Part shown: positions 47,438 to 57,024 of the stretch, in pieces | Numbering within the stretch: position 1 is the first letter of the stretch | Layout of the letters: each line of letters begins with the position of its first letter | Origin: Nitrosopumilus sp. | Lineage (GTDB): Archaea; Thermoproteota; Nitrososphaeria; Nitrososphaerales; Nitrosopumilaceae | Reading direction: 5' to 3' | Assembly (NCBI GenBank): GCA_965207075.1 | Contig: CBDBLO010000002.1 | Span: forward strand, 1,440,001-1,504,000 | DNA length: 64,000 bases | Translations under genes and position numbers: made by a program | The notes under the pieces: model-generated | Told to the model about the DNA's origin: nothing | The model's input: the letters and a program-made list of their open reading frames with translations, nothing else | Database searches by the model: none

Positions 47438-47650
47438 CTAGTGGCAGGGGAATCCGGCCGCATGTCGCATATCGTGGGTCAGCTCGTGAAGGTAGAGCTC
47501 ATCAAAAGCCTCTGCCCCTTGGACTATGCTAAAGAGATGTCCCTGGTCATATCCTACAACGAATAGTCCAAATGCAAAGACGGCCGCAAGTAGTGCGATC
47601 GCAAGCATCGGAGGCTTGCTGGCCGTAGTCGTGATCTGCTCTTGTATCAT
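47438..47650 (-). CDS. cbtB: cobalt transporter CbtB
   Basis: One TM helix and C-terminal HELTHDMRHAAGFPCH. Confidence 0.93.
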   Translation of the reverse strand: MIQEQITTTASKPPMLAIALLAAVFAFGLFVVGYDQGHLFSIVQGAEAFDELYLHELTHDMRHAAGFPCH

Positions 47651-47800
47651 AGCGACCGTTCACCCCCTATGCCTACACCGCAAAACGGATGGTCAAATCC
47701 GTGCCCGAATCTGAGACGGGCCGAACGGCTGCCTGCTAGTGCAACCGGTACAGGCCTTGGCACCGTACCCATGAATATCGTTGCTGCTTTGATCCCAGAC
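47651..47800 (-). promoter_or_regulatory. structured 5' leader of cbtB (candidate riboswitch)
   Basis: Several hairpins plus a long helix that covers the SD; see findings. Confidence 0.5.
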
Positions 47801-47823
47801 ATATGCACGACCCCGTACGGAAC

Positions 47824-47860
47824 TTATTTAAAGCCTTGGATACAACATCCAATTTATAAA
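47824..47860. promoter_or_regulatory. divergent TATA boxes flanking palindromic operator TTGGAT-N5-ATCCAA
   Basis: TTATTTAAA (47824-47832), a perfect inverted repeat at 47836-47852, and TTTATAAA (47853-47860). Confidence 0.65.
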
Positions 47861-47866
47861 TCAAAG

Positions 47867-48493
47867 ATGACCCACAACCCAGAGCATGTCAAACAGTTGG
47901 AGGATATCGCATCTGCAAAGGGCCAGACCAGGCCGCTCACATTTGGCGTGCCGCACGTCTTCAAGGCGCTGCAGCTGCTGCAGCAGGACCGGTTTGTAAG
48001 CCGTAATTCCTTTTGTGGTGCCCTTCATCTTGGCGAGGGTGCGGTAAAGACGGTGATACGACGGCTCAAGGCGCACGGATTGGCAGACTCGATCCGCTCT
48101 GGCACATACCTTACTCCTGACGGCACAGTACTGGCAAGATCCCTTGCCGCCGTCATCTCGTGCGAGGTACCCGTAAAGTCCGCGATCCTAGGAGACCTGC
48201 ACGGGCACGCCGTCCTGGTGCGCGGGTGCGCCTCACTGGTCCGGACCGGCATTGAGCAGAGGGACTTTGCAATCATGTACGGCGCCTCTGTCGTACTGAC
48301 GCTTGTCTTTTGTAATGGCAATTTTTCATTTCCCGGAGAGCAGACTGGCGCGCTTGAGCTCCATGCAGGGCTGCATCATGCCCTTGACTCCCTTGGCCCT
48401 CAAGAAGGTGATGTCGTAATAATTGCGTCCGGGCCCGATCCGTTTGCCGCAGAGCTCGCGGCCAAAAACTCCGCGCTGCGCACCCTGGCCTGA
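47867..48493 (+). CDS. winged-helix DUF4443/DUF2111-like putative regulator
   Basis: N-terminal wHTH SRNSFCGALHLGEGAVKTVIRRLK...GTYLTPDG and C-terminal GIEQRDFAIMYGA. Confidence 0.75.
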   Translation: MTHNPEHVKQLEDIASAKGQTRPLTFGVPHVFKALQLLQQDRFVSRNSFCGALHLGEGAVKTVIRRLKAHGLADSIRSGTYLTPDGTVLARSLAAVISCEVPVKSAILGDLHGHAVLVRGCASLVRTGIEQRDFAIMYGASVVLTLVFCNGNFSFPGEQTGALELHAGLHHALDSLGPQEGDVVIIASGPDPFAAELAAKNSALRTLA

Positions 48494-49044
48494 TTCTGCA
48501 CGCATGACCTGGATACGCATGCGTGCTGACGGACCCGAGAATGCCCCAATTCCCGCCTTTTCCAGACTTTGCCGTTATTGACCCGGAGCGGCTCGGATAG
48601 CCTCGTTTCTTAATCCCCCGTGCACGCCGGCCGAATCCCTACCGGACTGCAAATGGCGCACCTACGAGCACAGTCAGGAAACAGAGTTGTTCGGATGGCT
48701 CTTGTGCACCGATATCCAAATGCAGAATCAGTACTCGCCCACAAAGACGCGATCAGGCAGAGGGTGCAGGACGCGCTCAGTTTATGATTCCGTCGCTGTC
48801 AAGTTCAAACGACGCGGCATGCCTGTTTAATGGCCACACGCAGTGTGCATGATTGCAATCCGTAGAAACGATCGTCGACGCATCGGACGCGCCCCGGCCA
48901 AGGCTTGTGCACTTTTCCACATGGACTCGCCAACCGGCGCGAACCGCACACGCGCCCGATAAGGGAGGCAAGCGAAGGGAGCGGCCGAGCCGTACAGGGA
49001 TGCGGCCAAGAACAGTTAATTCACGCCCCGTGTCGCGCCCACCA

Positions 49045-49722
49045 ATGAGGACAGGACTGATGTTCCTTGCAATACCCGTAACACTAGGGATTGCGTTAGG
49101 CGCGTTTGCGTCACAAGCGTACGAGTCACCGGCCGACGGCGCCCAAGATACGGACGCCGGTCACGTCCTTACCGCGTCCGCCCTGACTGCCGGCGGCTCG
49201 CCGGCGCTCGGGGACGCGGCGGCCGAGGTCACCATGGTGGAATGGGGCGACTACCAGTGCACGTACTGCTACCTGTTCCACAAAGGCACGCTCCAGCACA
49301 TCAAGGACTCGTACGTGGAGACTGGCAAGGTGCGCCTCGTGTTCAAGGACTTTGCGCTCAACGGCCCCGACTCGGCGCTCGCCGCGGAGGCCTCTAGGTG
49401 CGCTGCAGAGCAGTCCAGATACTGGGAATACCACGACACGCTATACCGCAACTGGGGCGGCGAGAGGACGGGCTGGATAACGGCGGGGGCCCTTGGCACG
49501 CTTGCGGAGTCGGCGGGGCTTGACATCCCAGAGTATGAGAGGTGCATGGAGTCAGAGAGGCACAGGGACGCGGTCGCAGAGTCGTACAGGGCGGGCCAGG
49601 ACATCGGGATCGACGCAACCCCGTCGTTTATGATATTCGACGACAAGAACGTGGTAAAGATAAGGGGAAACCAGCCGCAGGAAGTCTTTGTGGCCGCCAT
49701 AGAGGGGCTGCTGCAGAACTGA
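49045..49722 (+). CDS. DsbA-family thioredoxin-fold protein
   Basis: EWGDYQCTYC, GIDATPSF and GNQP motifs with an N-terminal anchor. Confidence 0.92.
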   Translation: MRTGLMFLAIPVTLGIALGAFASQAYESPADGAQDTDAGHVLTASALTAGGSPALGDAAAEVTMVEWGDYQCTYCYLFHKGTLQHIKDSYVETGKVRLVFKDFALNGPDSALAAEASRCAAEQSRYWEYHDTLYRNWGGERTGWITAGALGTLAESAGLDIPEYERCMESERHRDAVAESYRAGQDIGIDATPSFMIFDDKNVVKIRGNQPQEVFVAAIEGLLQN

Positions 49723-49845
49723 CCCCGAGACGGCATGTCGGGCCGCAGGCGCGTGGCGGCGGCGGTTGCAGCAATGATCGTGGTTGCAGACGTAGCCTTG
49801 CGCGGATTCATGAAATTTAATAACCGACGGACAGAGGCGCGTGTG

Positions 49846-51123
49846 ATGAAAAAGATCGACGTCGAAAAGCAGGACTCTGTAAAGATGTACAGGATACGCC
49901 GCGCCCTGGAGGAGCTGTCGCAAAAGACGGGGCGCGGCACGGAGCTCGTGTCGGTGTACATCCCAAAGAACAAGCAGATGCACGACGTGATAGGCACGCT
50001 GCAGCAGGAGCAGGGGACGGCCGAGAACATAAAGTCCGACACGACCAGGACGCACGTGGTCGACGCCCTCAAGAAGGTGGTGCAGCGACTAAAGCTGTAC
50101 AAAAAGACCCCCGAGCGCGGCCTGGCCGTGTTCTGCGGCGCCCTTCCGCCGGAGGGCGGGGGGCCCCTTGGGAGCGAGGTGGTGAGGATGTGGGAGATAG
50201 ACCCCCCAAAGGATCTCAACCAGTACCTGTACAGGTGCGACAACCACTTCCACGTCGACCTGCTCAAGGACATGCTCAAGGACGACAACATGATAGGGTT
50301 CCTTGCGATAGACGCCAAGGATGCGGGGTGGGGACTGCTGCACGGAAGCAAGATCGAGGTGCTGTCGCGCACCAGCTCGGGCGTGGCAGGCAAGCACAGG
50401 CAGGGGGGGCAGTCCGCAAAAAGGTTTCAAAAGCTCAGGGAGATGCAGCTCACGTACTATTACAACCGCGTGGCCGAGACCACGCGCGAGCTGTTCATCG
50501 ACACGTACAAGATAAAGGGGCTGATAGTGTCGGGCCCCGGCCCTACAAAGGAGGAGTTTGTAAACGGCAGCTACCTGGAGTACAGGCTCCAGAACATGAT
50601 AATAAGCACGATAGACGCGTCGTACTCGGGCGATGAGGGCATCAGGGAGGCCTTTGTGAAAGCGGGGGACATACTGAGTGGCTTCCGCATGGTGGAGGAG
50701 AAGAAGATTGTCGACGACCTCATCAGGGAGATAAACGCGCGCAGCGGCCTCGGGGTTTACGGCCTCTCAGAGATAGTGTCGCACCTCAAGAACAGGGCGG
50801 TCAAAACCGTCATAATCACCGACGACACAAAGCTGCGCCGCGTGGAGTCAGAGTGCAACAGGTGCCACATGACGCGGGAAGAGATTGTCAGCACAGAGGA
50901 GGTGATTCCGACGGAGACTGCGCTTGCAAGCAACCCCTGCCCGTCGTGCAACGCGCTCGACACGGTGACAAGGAACCAGGACATAGTAGACTACCTGCAG
51001 CTGCTCGCCGCGGAGTCCGGATCCGGGATAGAGGTGGTATCAGGAACCGCCGAGCACGGCGCCACGCTCTCAAGCATAGGCAAGATAGGCGCCATCCTCA
51101 GGTACAATCCGGGGCACGGGTAG
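49846..51123 (+). CDS. prf1: peptide chain release factor aRF1
   Basis: NIKS, YRCDNHF, GGQS and IGAILRY motifs. Confidence 0.97.
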   Translation: MKKIDVEKQDSVKMYRIRRALEELSQKTGRGTELVSVYIPKNKQMHDVIGTLQQEQGTAENIKSDTTRTHVVDALKKVVQRLKLYKKTPERGLAVFCGALPPEGGGPLGSEVVRMWEIDPPKDLNQYLYRCDNHFHVDLLKDMLKDDNMIGFLAIDAKDAGWGLLHGSKIEVLSRTSSGVAGKHRQGGQSAKRFQKLREMQLTYYYNRVAETTRELFIDTYKIKGLIVSGPGPTKEEFVNGSYLEYRLQNMIISTIDASYSGDEGIREAFVKAGDILSGFRMVEEKKIVDDLIREINARSGLGVYGLSEIVSHLKNRAVKTVIITDDTKLRRVESECNRCHMTREEIVSTEEVIPTETALASNPCPSCNALDTVTRNQDIVDYLQLLAAESGSGIEVVSGTAEHGATLSSIGKIGAILRYNPGHG

Positions 51124-51195
51124 GGGGCTCCGCGCGCCGCATGCCGCGGGATCCCTCGGCGTAACCGGCGCGCCGGAACGGATACCGGCATCATC

Positions 51196-51600
51196 TCAGA
51201 AATGCCCTCGGATCCTCGATGCCAGGCCCGCAAGCTCTCCAGGCTCGGGCATGCCCCGGCTGGTCCACACGGTCTCGCGGCCGCTGTACCGGGGGATGAT
51301 GTGCACGTGCACGTGGGGCACGATCTGACGGGCGGCCCTGCCGTTGTTCTGCCCCAGGCTGAACGCGTCCGCTCCCGTGCCAAGAAGCACCGCCCTCGCT
51401 ATGCGCGGGACGATGGAGAAGAGCCGGCCCGCATCGTCAGTGGGCATGTCAGTTATCATCTCGTGGTGCCTTTTTGGCACCACCAAGCTGTGTCCCTCGG
51501 TTATCGGATAGAGGTCAAGAAACGCAAGGTGCTCCTCGTCCTCGTATATTATGTAGCCCTTTCCTGCGCCCCTGACAATCTCGCAGAACACGCATCCCAT
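51196..51600 (-). CDS. HIT family hydrolase
   Basis: CVFC, GHSLVVPKRH and QIVPHVHVHIIPR motifs. Confidence 0.95.
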   Translation of the reverse strand: MGCVFCEIVRGAGKGYIIYEDEEHLAFLDLYPITEGHSLVVPKRHHEMITDMPTDDAGRLFSIVPRIARAVLLGTGADAFSLGQNNGRAARQIVPHVHVHIIPRYSGRETVWTSRGMPEPGELAGLASRIRGHF

Positions 51601-52026
51601 GCAGTTCCAAGCGCGGTTTTGTTAATAAGTCGATGCAGGCCGGCGCCGCAGACGCGGCGCGCCGGCCGTCGCCCCACGTGCGCGTCCCGCAGACGGGAGG
51701 CGGGCAACCTGCAGCCGGCATATCCAAGTGCGCCTGGACCGGGTCCCCCCTCCTCCTCCCCCACCCCAACCCTCTTCCTTCCCCTTCCCCTTCCCCGGGG
51801 CCCGCGGAATACTGCCATGACGGGGGCCGCCAAGGGCATCAGGGGACGGACGCGGCAGGGACTGCGCGCGCCGACTATTGCCGCGCACGTTACAAAAAGA
51901 TGGCCCGTGGGACAAATTATTTTGAACGTGGTCGCGACTGGTTATTCGGGAGGGGGGGGATGCGCCCGCAGCGCGGGTTTCCCCTTACGAATCCTTAATT
52001 AGGGTCGGCCATCAGGCCAGACATTC

Positions 52027-52620
52027 ATGGGCAGAAAGGAGAGGAGGGAGCGCGAGCAAAAGCGCCAGAGTTATGCGTCAAAGCACTCTGCCGAAAAGAG
52101 AAAGCACCTGCTGATTGCAATGGGGGTGCTGGCAGTAATCGGCTCAATTGTGGGATACGCGGTCATCGAGTTCATCAACCTGCCGGGCACGGCGCCGGGG
52201 GGCCCCGAGAACGCAGGGGCGATAGGAAGCGCGCACGACCACACGGCAATCCTGGTCGAGATCTTCAACGGCAGGTTCGACTTTTCGGTCCCGTCATACC
52301 AGCTAAAGTCGAGCTGGATTCACTTTGAGGGGAGGGACGGATCCACGATTCACAAGCATGCAACCGGGGTTACCATGGGGTACCTGTTTGAGACCCTCGG
52401 GATAAGCATAGACGAAAGCTGCTTTGTGTTCCCGGACGGCAGGCAGTTCTGCACAGACGACACGTACAAGCTGGTGTACATGATAAACGGCGAGGAGGCA
52501 GAGGACATACGCGAATACGAGCCCATGGAGGATGACCGCATACTGATATCATACGGGGCGACGCCGGAGCAGCTGGAGATGCAACAACTGCGCCTGAACA
52601 ACCAGATCATAGTAAGGTGA
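52027..52620 (+). CDS. conserved membrane-anchored thaumarchaeal protein
   Basis: Basic N-terminus, TM helix, HDH...IHFE...IHKHA and C-terminal DDRILISYG. Confidence 0.75.
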   Translation: MGRKERREREQKRQSYASKHSAEKRKHLLIAMGVLAVIGSIVGYAVIEFINLPGTAPGGPENAGAIGSAHDHTAILVEIFNGRFDFSVPSYQLKSSWIHFEGRDGSTIHKHATGVTMGYLFETLGISIDESCFVFPDGRQFCTDDTYKLVYMINGEEAEDIREYEPMEDDRILISYGATPEQLEMQQLRLNNQIIVR

Positions 52621-52689
52621 CGGCCGAGCGGCCATTATCACATCAGAATAATAAAATGCAGAGGACCGGATGCTCCCGGCCCCCGCGGA

Positions 52690-53601
52690 TCACTCATCCA
52701 TCAGCGCTCGCAGTCCGGCGCACCTATTACGCACCGTAACCTCCGTCACGCCGGATGCCGCAGAGATGTCCTTTTGCGTCTTGGCCTCGCCGCAGCTTGT
52801 GCACGCAAGGTACAAGGCGGCGGCTGCAAGCCCCATGGGGTCCTTGCCGGCCGCCATACCCTTCTTCTTTGCCGCCGTCAGTATCCGAGCAGCAATCCTC
52901 TGCGTCCTCTCGCTGAGCCCCACTAGGCTGGCAATCCTGGATATGCCCTTTACGGGGTCTACTACGGGCATCTTGAGGTCGAGCTCCCTGAATATCAGGC
53001 GGTAGCATCTTGCCACGTCCTTGCGCCGAAGGTTCATCTCGTCGGAGATGTCATCAAGCGTCCTCGGCGTCTCGGCGTTGCGGCATGCCGCATACATGCA
53101 TGCGGCCACCAGCCCGCCGATAGTGCGCCCCTTGACGAGCTTCTTCTCCATGGCCTTTCTGTAGATGTACGCGGCGTTAGTCACGACCGCGTCGTTGAGC
53201 GCAAGCTTGTACTTTAGCTTGCCCATCTCGTTGAGTGCCTGGCGCAGATTCTTGTCGGCCGACGTCGGGGCCTGCGTGCGGCTGTCCCACGTCCGCAGGC
53301 GCTCAATGGAGCTCTTTATGCCCGCGGCGAGCGGCCTGCCTGTCGAGTCCTTGTTTGAGGGGCCGATCACGGTGGAGAGCCCCATGTCGTGCATTGTCAG
53401 CGAGGTGCTGGCGCCCGTACGGGCCCTGTTTGACTCGTCGTTTGAGAACGAGCGCCACTCTGCCCCCATGTCGGCAATCCTGTCGTTGACTACCAACCCG
53501 CACATGCCGCAAAAGATCTCACCGGTGCTGTCGTCAGTTACCATCTGTCTGCAAGTGCATATCGGGCATCTTGCGGCTTGTTCATTCGTGTTTTCTTGCA
53601 T
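52690..53601 (-). CDS. tfb: transcription initiation factor IIB
   Basis: Zn ribbon CPIC...CGMCG, EWRSF, HDMGLST, cyclin repeats and VTEVTVRNR. Confidence 0.96.
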   Translation of the reverse strand: MQENTNEQAARCPICTCRQMVTDDSTGEIFCGMCGLVVNDRIADMGAEWRSFSNDESNRARTGASTSLTMHDMGLSTVIGPSNKDSTGRPLAAGIKSSIERLRTWDSRTQAPTSADKNLRQALNEMGKLKYKLALNDAVVTNAAYIYRKAMEKKLVKGRTIGGLVAACMYAACRNAETPRTLDDISDEMNLRRKDVARCYRLIFRELDLKMPVVDPVKGISRIASLVGLSERTQRIAARILTAAKKKGMAAGKDPMGLAAAALYLACTSCGEAKTQKDISAASGVTEVTVRNRCAGLRALMDE

Positions 53602-53883
53602 GCCATAGTTACCACATTGTTCCTTTTATCCATTTTTCATAATCTCTAGGTATGTAATACAGGCATGAACGTATTCGGAAGGGGTGGGCCGGGGGGGGAG
53701 GCCGAACCCGGGAAGCCCCGCCTTGCTCCTTGCCATCCGGCCCGAGTCTGCTGCTGCGCACGTAACCGGACACGCGCCGGACGCGTCGGCGCTCCGCGCA
53801 CGATCATGCACCTTCGTCCTGCGCGGCCGCCGCGCCACGGTGGCCGCTGCCGGCGCAATAGTTGCACGCGCCGGAGGCGCCAT

Positions 53884-53919
53884 AGTCACTCGCGGGCCGA
53901 GTCACTCGCGGGCCGAGTC
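53884..53919. repeat. 16-bp tandem duplication AGTCACTCGCGGGCCG
   Basis: Two exact copies across the stop codon of 53902-54336. Confidence 0.85.
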
Positions 53920-54336
53920 TCGCGCCAGCCTGTCAAGGACGGACTCGATCTCGCGTATGGACCACCGGATGTCCGCCGCCTGGTCGGCCGTCAGCGCCCC
54001 GTCCCACGAGCGCAGTACCGCGTCTGCCATCTCCGATGAGTGGTACAAGAGGCCCCAGTACGGGTGGTGCTCCGCGGTGGACTGCGCCAGCTCCGCCACG
54101 TCCTCAAGGCCGCTTGCCGCCCTTGCCCGGGGGGTGGCTTCGGGGCCCGTCAGCCGAATGATCCGGTTCTCTGCATCGTGCTTTACCCTGAGCGCGATGC
54201 CGCTTTCGGCGTGGCGGCGGACAAGCCCGATCAGCTCGTGGTAAAACGCATGGTATGCGTCGAGAGGGCCCTCGCGTGCGTCGTCGTCGTCGCTGCCGTT
54301 GCCGCCGTTTTCAGACGCGCGTATGTCGCAATCCAC
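53902..54336 (-). CDS. conserved hypothetical protein
   Basis: Helical ORF with STAEHHPYW. TATATTTA upstream. Confidence 0.7.
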   Translation of the reverse strand: MDCDIRASENGGNGSDDDDAREGPLDAYHAFYHELIGLVRRHAESGIALRVKHDAENRIIRLTGPEATPRARAASGLEDVAELAQSTAEHHPYWGLLYHSSEMADAVLRSWDGALTADQAADIRWSIREIESVLDRLARDSARE

Positions 54337-54395
54337 ACAGTGCGGTGCGGTCGCATAAATATATTCAGTACGCAGGGCTCGCGCCTCGCGTCACG

Positions 54396-54782
54396 CTACG
54401 AGCCCATCATGCCGACCATCTTCGGGAGCTCGCGGTACGTCTTCATCTCGTACACGCCGTTGTCGGCGCTCACGGTTACGGCCTGCATCGGGTTGTCCTC
54501 GGGGGGCGTCAGGAGTATCTTCTGCCCCGGCTTCAGTACCGGAAGGTCCTGCGCGTCGCCGGAGCCAAAGTTGACCCGGACGTTTGTCAGGGGCTCGGAG
54601 CCCGTGTTCTGAACCGTGACGCGCCCCACAATGAAGAGGCTTTGCTGATCTATTATCGGATCCACAAACACAGAGTATTTCTCAGTCGATATGCTCATCT
54701 TTACCACGTCCATGCCAAACACCAAGGCCATCATGACGATCGCCCCGGCGACTATTCCGATTATCGCGGTGTACGCCATCAT
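54396..54782 (-). CDS. membrane-anchored Ig-like hypothetical protein
   Basis: TM helix followed by VTVQNTGSEPLTNV. Confidence 0.75.
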   Translation of the reverse strand: MMAYTAIIGIVAGAIVMMALVFGMDVVKMSISTEKYSVFVDPIIDQQSLFIVGRVTVQNTGSEPLTNVRVNFGSGDAQDLPVLKPGQKILLTPPEDNPMQAVTVSADNGVYEMKTYRELPKMVGMMGS

Positions 54783-55536
54783 GACTCGCGTTACACGCAC
54801 TTGTAATTAACTAATTTTACGGGCGCGGCGGGATTGCATAGTCAGCTTTCTATGAATTAGAGAGTCGATAGGTCACGGCCGGATCCCCAAGCCTGTCCTC
54901 GAACCCAGGCCTGCCGAATAAAACAGTCCATGTCGTGTCGGGGTGCCGCTGGTTTTTTTTTTTGCTGTACCCTGACGCCGGTCATATTAACAGCGCGAGC
55001 TCGCTTATGGCTATCGCAGCTACGTCAGCAGACATACTGGCTGTATATATGATCAGTATGGCCAGCGCCAAGATTACTGCGGATCTGACGTATCCGAATC
55101 CGTTCAGTATACGGATCGCTTTTACATGCAGCAGGAGCGTCCACCCTATGAGGAGCAGTCCGACGGCATGTTGTATAGTGCCACCACCGAACGCAAACCA
55201 CGTAGTCCTAGTCAGCCCGTCATGGAAGAAGGGCTCCGGAACCGCAAGATCGTACAGGCCCCATGCTGCACGGGCCGCCACAATCCACAGCACGACGGGC
55301 ACCATACAGTACGCCAGCGTCGGGAAGGCTCTTCGAAGGCTGCGGTTTCCGCCCCACCTCCTTCCAATCCAGAATATTCCAAGGAGTGGCAGCAGTACAT
55401 CTATGGGGCTCGTAACCAAGGCATGTAGAGCGCCATCCCACGCGATCCCGCTCATCCAGGCTCCAAAGACATTCGGGGGGAACAGCGCGCCCAAGACAGC
55501 CACGGACACAAGTACCGCAACGGACGGCGCAAGGTA

Positions 55537-56630
55537 TAGTGTGACGCAAAAGTCTTCGCGGCTGTCAGAACTGTGTGCGCAACCTTTTTTGATCACCGAA
55601 TACGTCGCCCGGCATGGATGAGAAAGACAGGGACCTGCTCATTCGGGCCTACAAGGCAGAAAAAGACCACCTCATAGGAAATAGGATCCACGCAGTCTGC
55701 ATGGTCAAGATCAACGGATTGAAGGCATCCGAGGTCGCCTCGCTGTGCTACTGCGACGCGCGCACCGTCTCCAGCTGGGTTCGGCGCTTTGACAAGGACG
55801 GCCTTGCAGGCCTGAAGGACAGGCCCCGTTCGGGCAGGCCTCCAAAGGTGGCGATGAAGAGGATCAGGAAGATCGTTGCGGGAGGAGGCGGCATCACGAC
55901 GCCAAGGGTGCTCAAGAATGCCATACGCGAAAGGCACGGGGTGGAGTACCACATAACAAACGTCAGGAAGATAATGCACAGGCTCGGCATGTCGGCCAAG
56001 ACGTCCCAGGCGGTGCACGTCAACCGGGCGGAGATGGAGGAGATCAGGGAGTGGCAGCGGGACACAAAAAGGCGGATCGCGTACCTGAAATCGCGGGGAT
56101 TTGTCACCGCGGTCGTTGACGAGTCCATATTCATCAACGACCCGGGAAGCGGCGTGAAATACTGGTCGCCGAGGGGCGTCCCCGTCATAACCGCATACAA
56201 TGGAAGCCACGACAGGGTAGTGGCGTACGGCGCGCTCACGACGGACGGCAGGCAGTTTGTCAGGACGTACAAGGGATTCGACAAGGAGACGTTCCTGAAG
56301 TACCTGAAGGCGCTGGTCGGCCACTTTGGCAGGACCGCGGTAATCATGGACAATGCGCCGCAGCACAAGGCCAGAATCGTACGGGAATACCTGGAGGGGG
56401 AGCCAAACGCGAGGATCATATGGCTTCCCAAGGCGACGCCGGAACTCAGCGTGGTCGAGGAGTACTGGCACCAGTCAAAGCGTGATCTGCTGGTCAGCGA
56501 ATATTACTCGACGGTGGTGCATATGCGCCGTGCCTTGTCAGAGTATTTTAGGACGGCGCGCCCCAAACTCGATGCAATGAAATTCATCAATAGAACATCC
56601 CTACCCCGCAAAAACTTTTGATCGTCACTA
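55537..56630 (+). mobile_element. IS630-family insertion sequence
   Basis: TA duplication at 55535-36 and 56631-32. Imperfect TIRs TAGTGTGACGCAAAAGTCTTCGCGG and (reverse complement) TAGTGACGATCAAAAGTTTTTGCGG. Confidence 0.9.
55614..56621 (+). CDS. IS630-family transposase
   Basis: HTH with RPRSGRPPK, and the DDE triad in VDES, MDNAPQH and PELSVVEEYW. Single uninterrupted frame. Confidence 0.95.
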   Translation: MDEKDRDLLIRAYKAEKDHLIGNRIHAVCMVKINGLKASEVASLCYCDARTVSSWVRRFDKDGLAGLKDRPRSGRPPKVAMKRIRKIVAGGGGITTPRVLKNAIRERHGVEYHITNVRKIMHRLGMSAKTSQAVHVNRAEMEEIREWQRDTKRRIAYLKSRGFVTAVVDESIFINDPGSGVKYWSPRGVPVITAYNGSHDRVVAYGALTTDGRQFVRTYKGFDKETFLKYLKALVGHFGRTAVIMDNAPQHKARIVREYLEGEPNARIIWLPKATPELSVVEEYWHQSKRDLLVSEYYSTVVHMRRALSEYFRTARPKLDAMKFINRTSLPRKNF

Positions 56631-57024
56631 TATGTTGCAGGATTGCAGGATATGTGGCGGAGTGTCGCGGTTGGCCGCACCATTATGCCATAAAGCGCCA
56701 CAGCTGCGCCTTGCATGCCCTTCCCGTTCACGTCAGCCGTCATCCACGCGCCACATCCGCTATTCTTGCAGGCCTGACGCACCCCTGATCCAGTCGGAGG
56801 TTGTCAGCATCGTAGACGCAAACCGGATGGGTTCCTCCCGCGTCCGCTCCTGAAAAAAAGGAGCGGCGCCACAGCGTAATTGTAGATCCGGCCCTCATGC
56901 GCGGGTTGACGGATCGGGCTATTTAACCAGCACGGAAGGCGCAAGGAGTGGCGCACCGCTGATCACGAACGTTACAGCAAAAAAAAAGGCAATGTTATAA
57001 TTGACTCGGGGCTGCGTGCATCCC

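Larger units (their letters stand above)
54982..56743 (-). pseudogene. Yip1-family membrane protein gene interrupted by IS630
   Basis: Removing 55537-56630 and one TA joins ...LYGIMVRPTATLRHISCNPATY in frame to LAPSVAVLVS..., giving a multi-TM protein. Confidence 0.8.
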
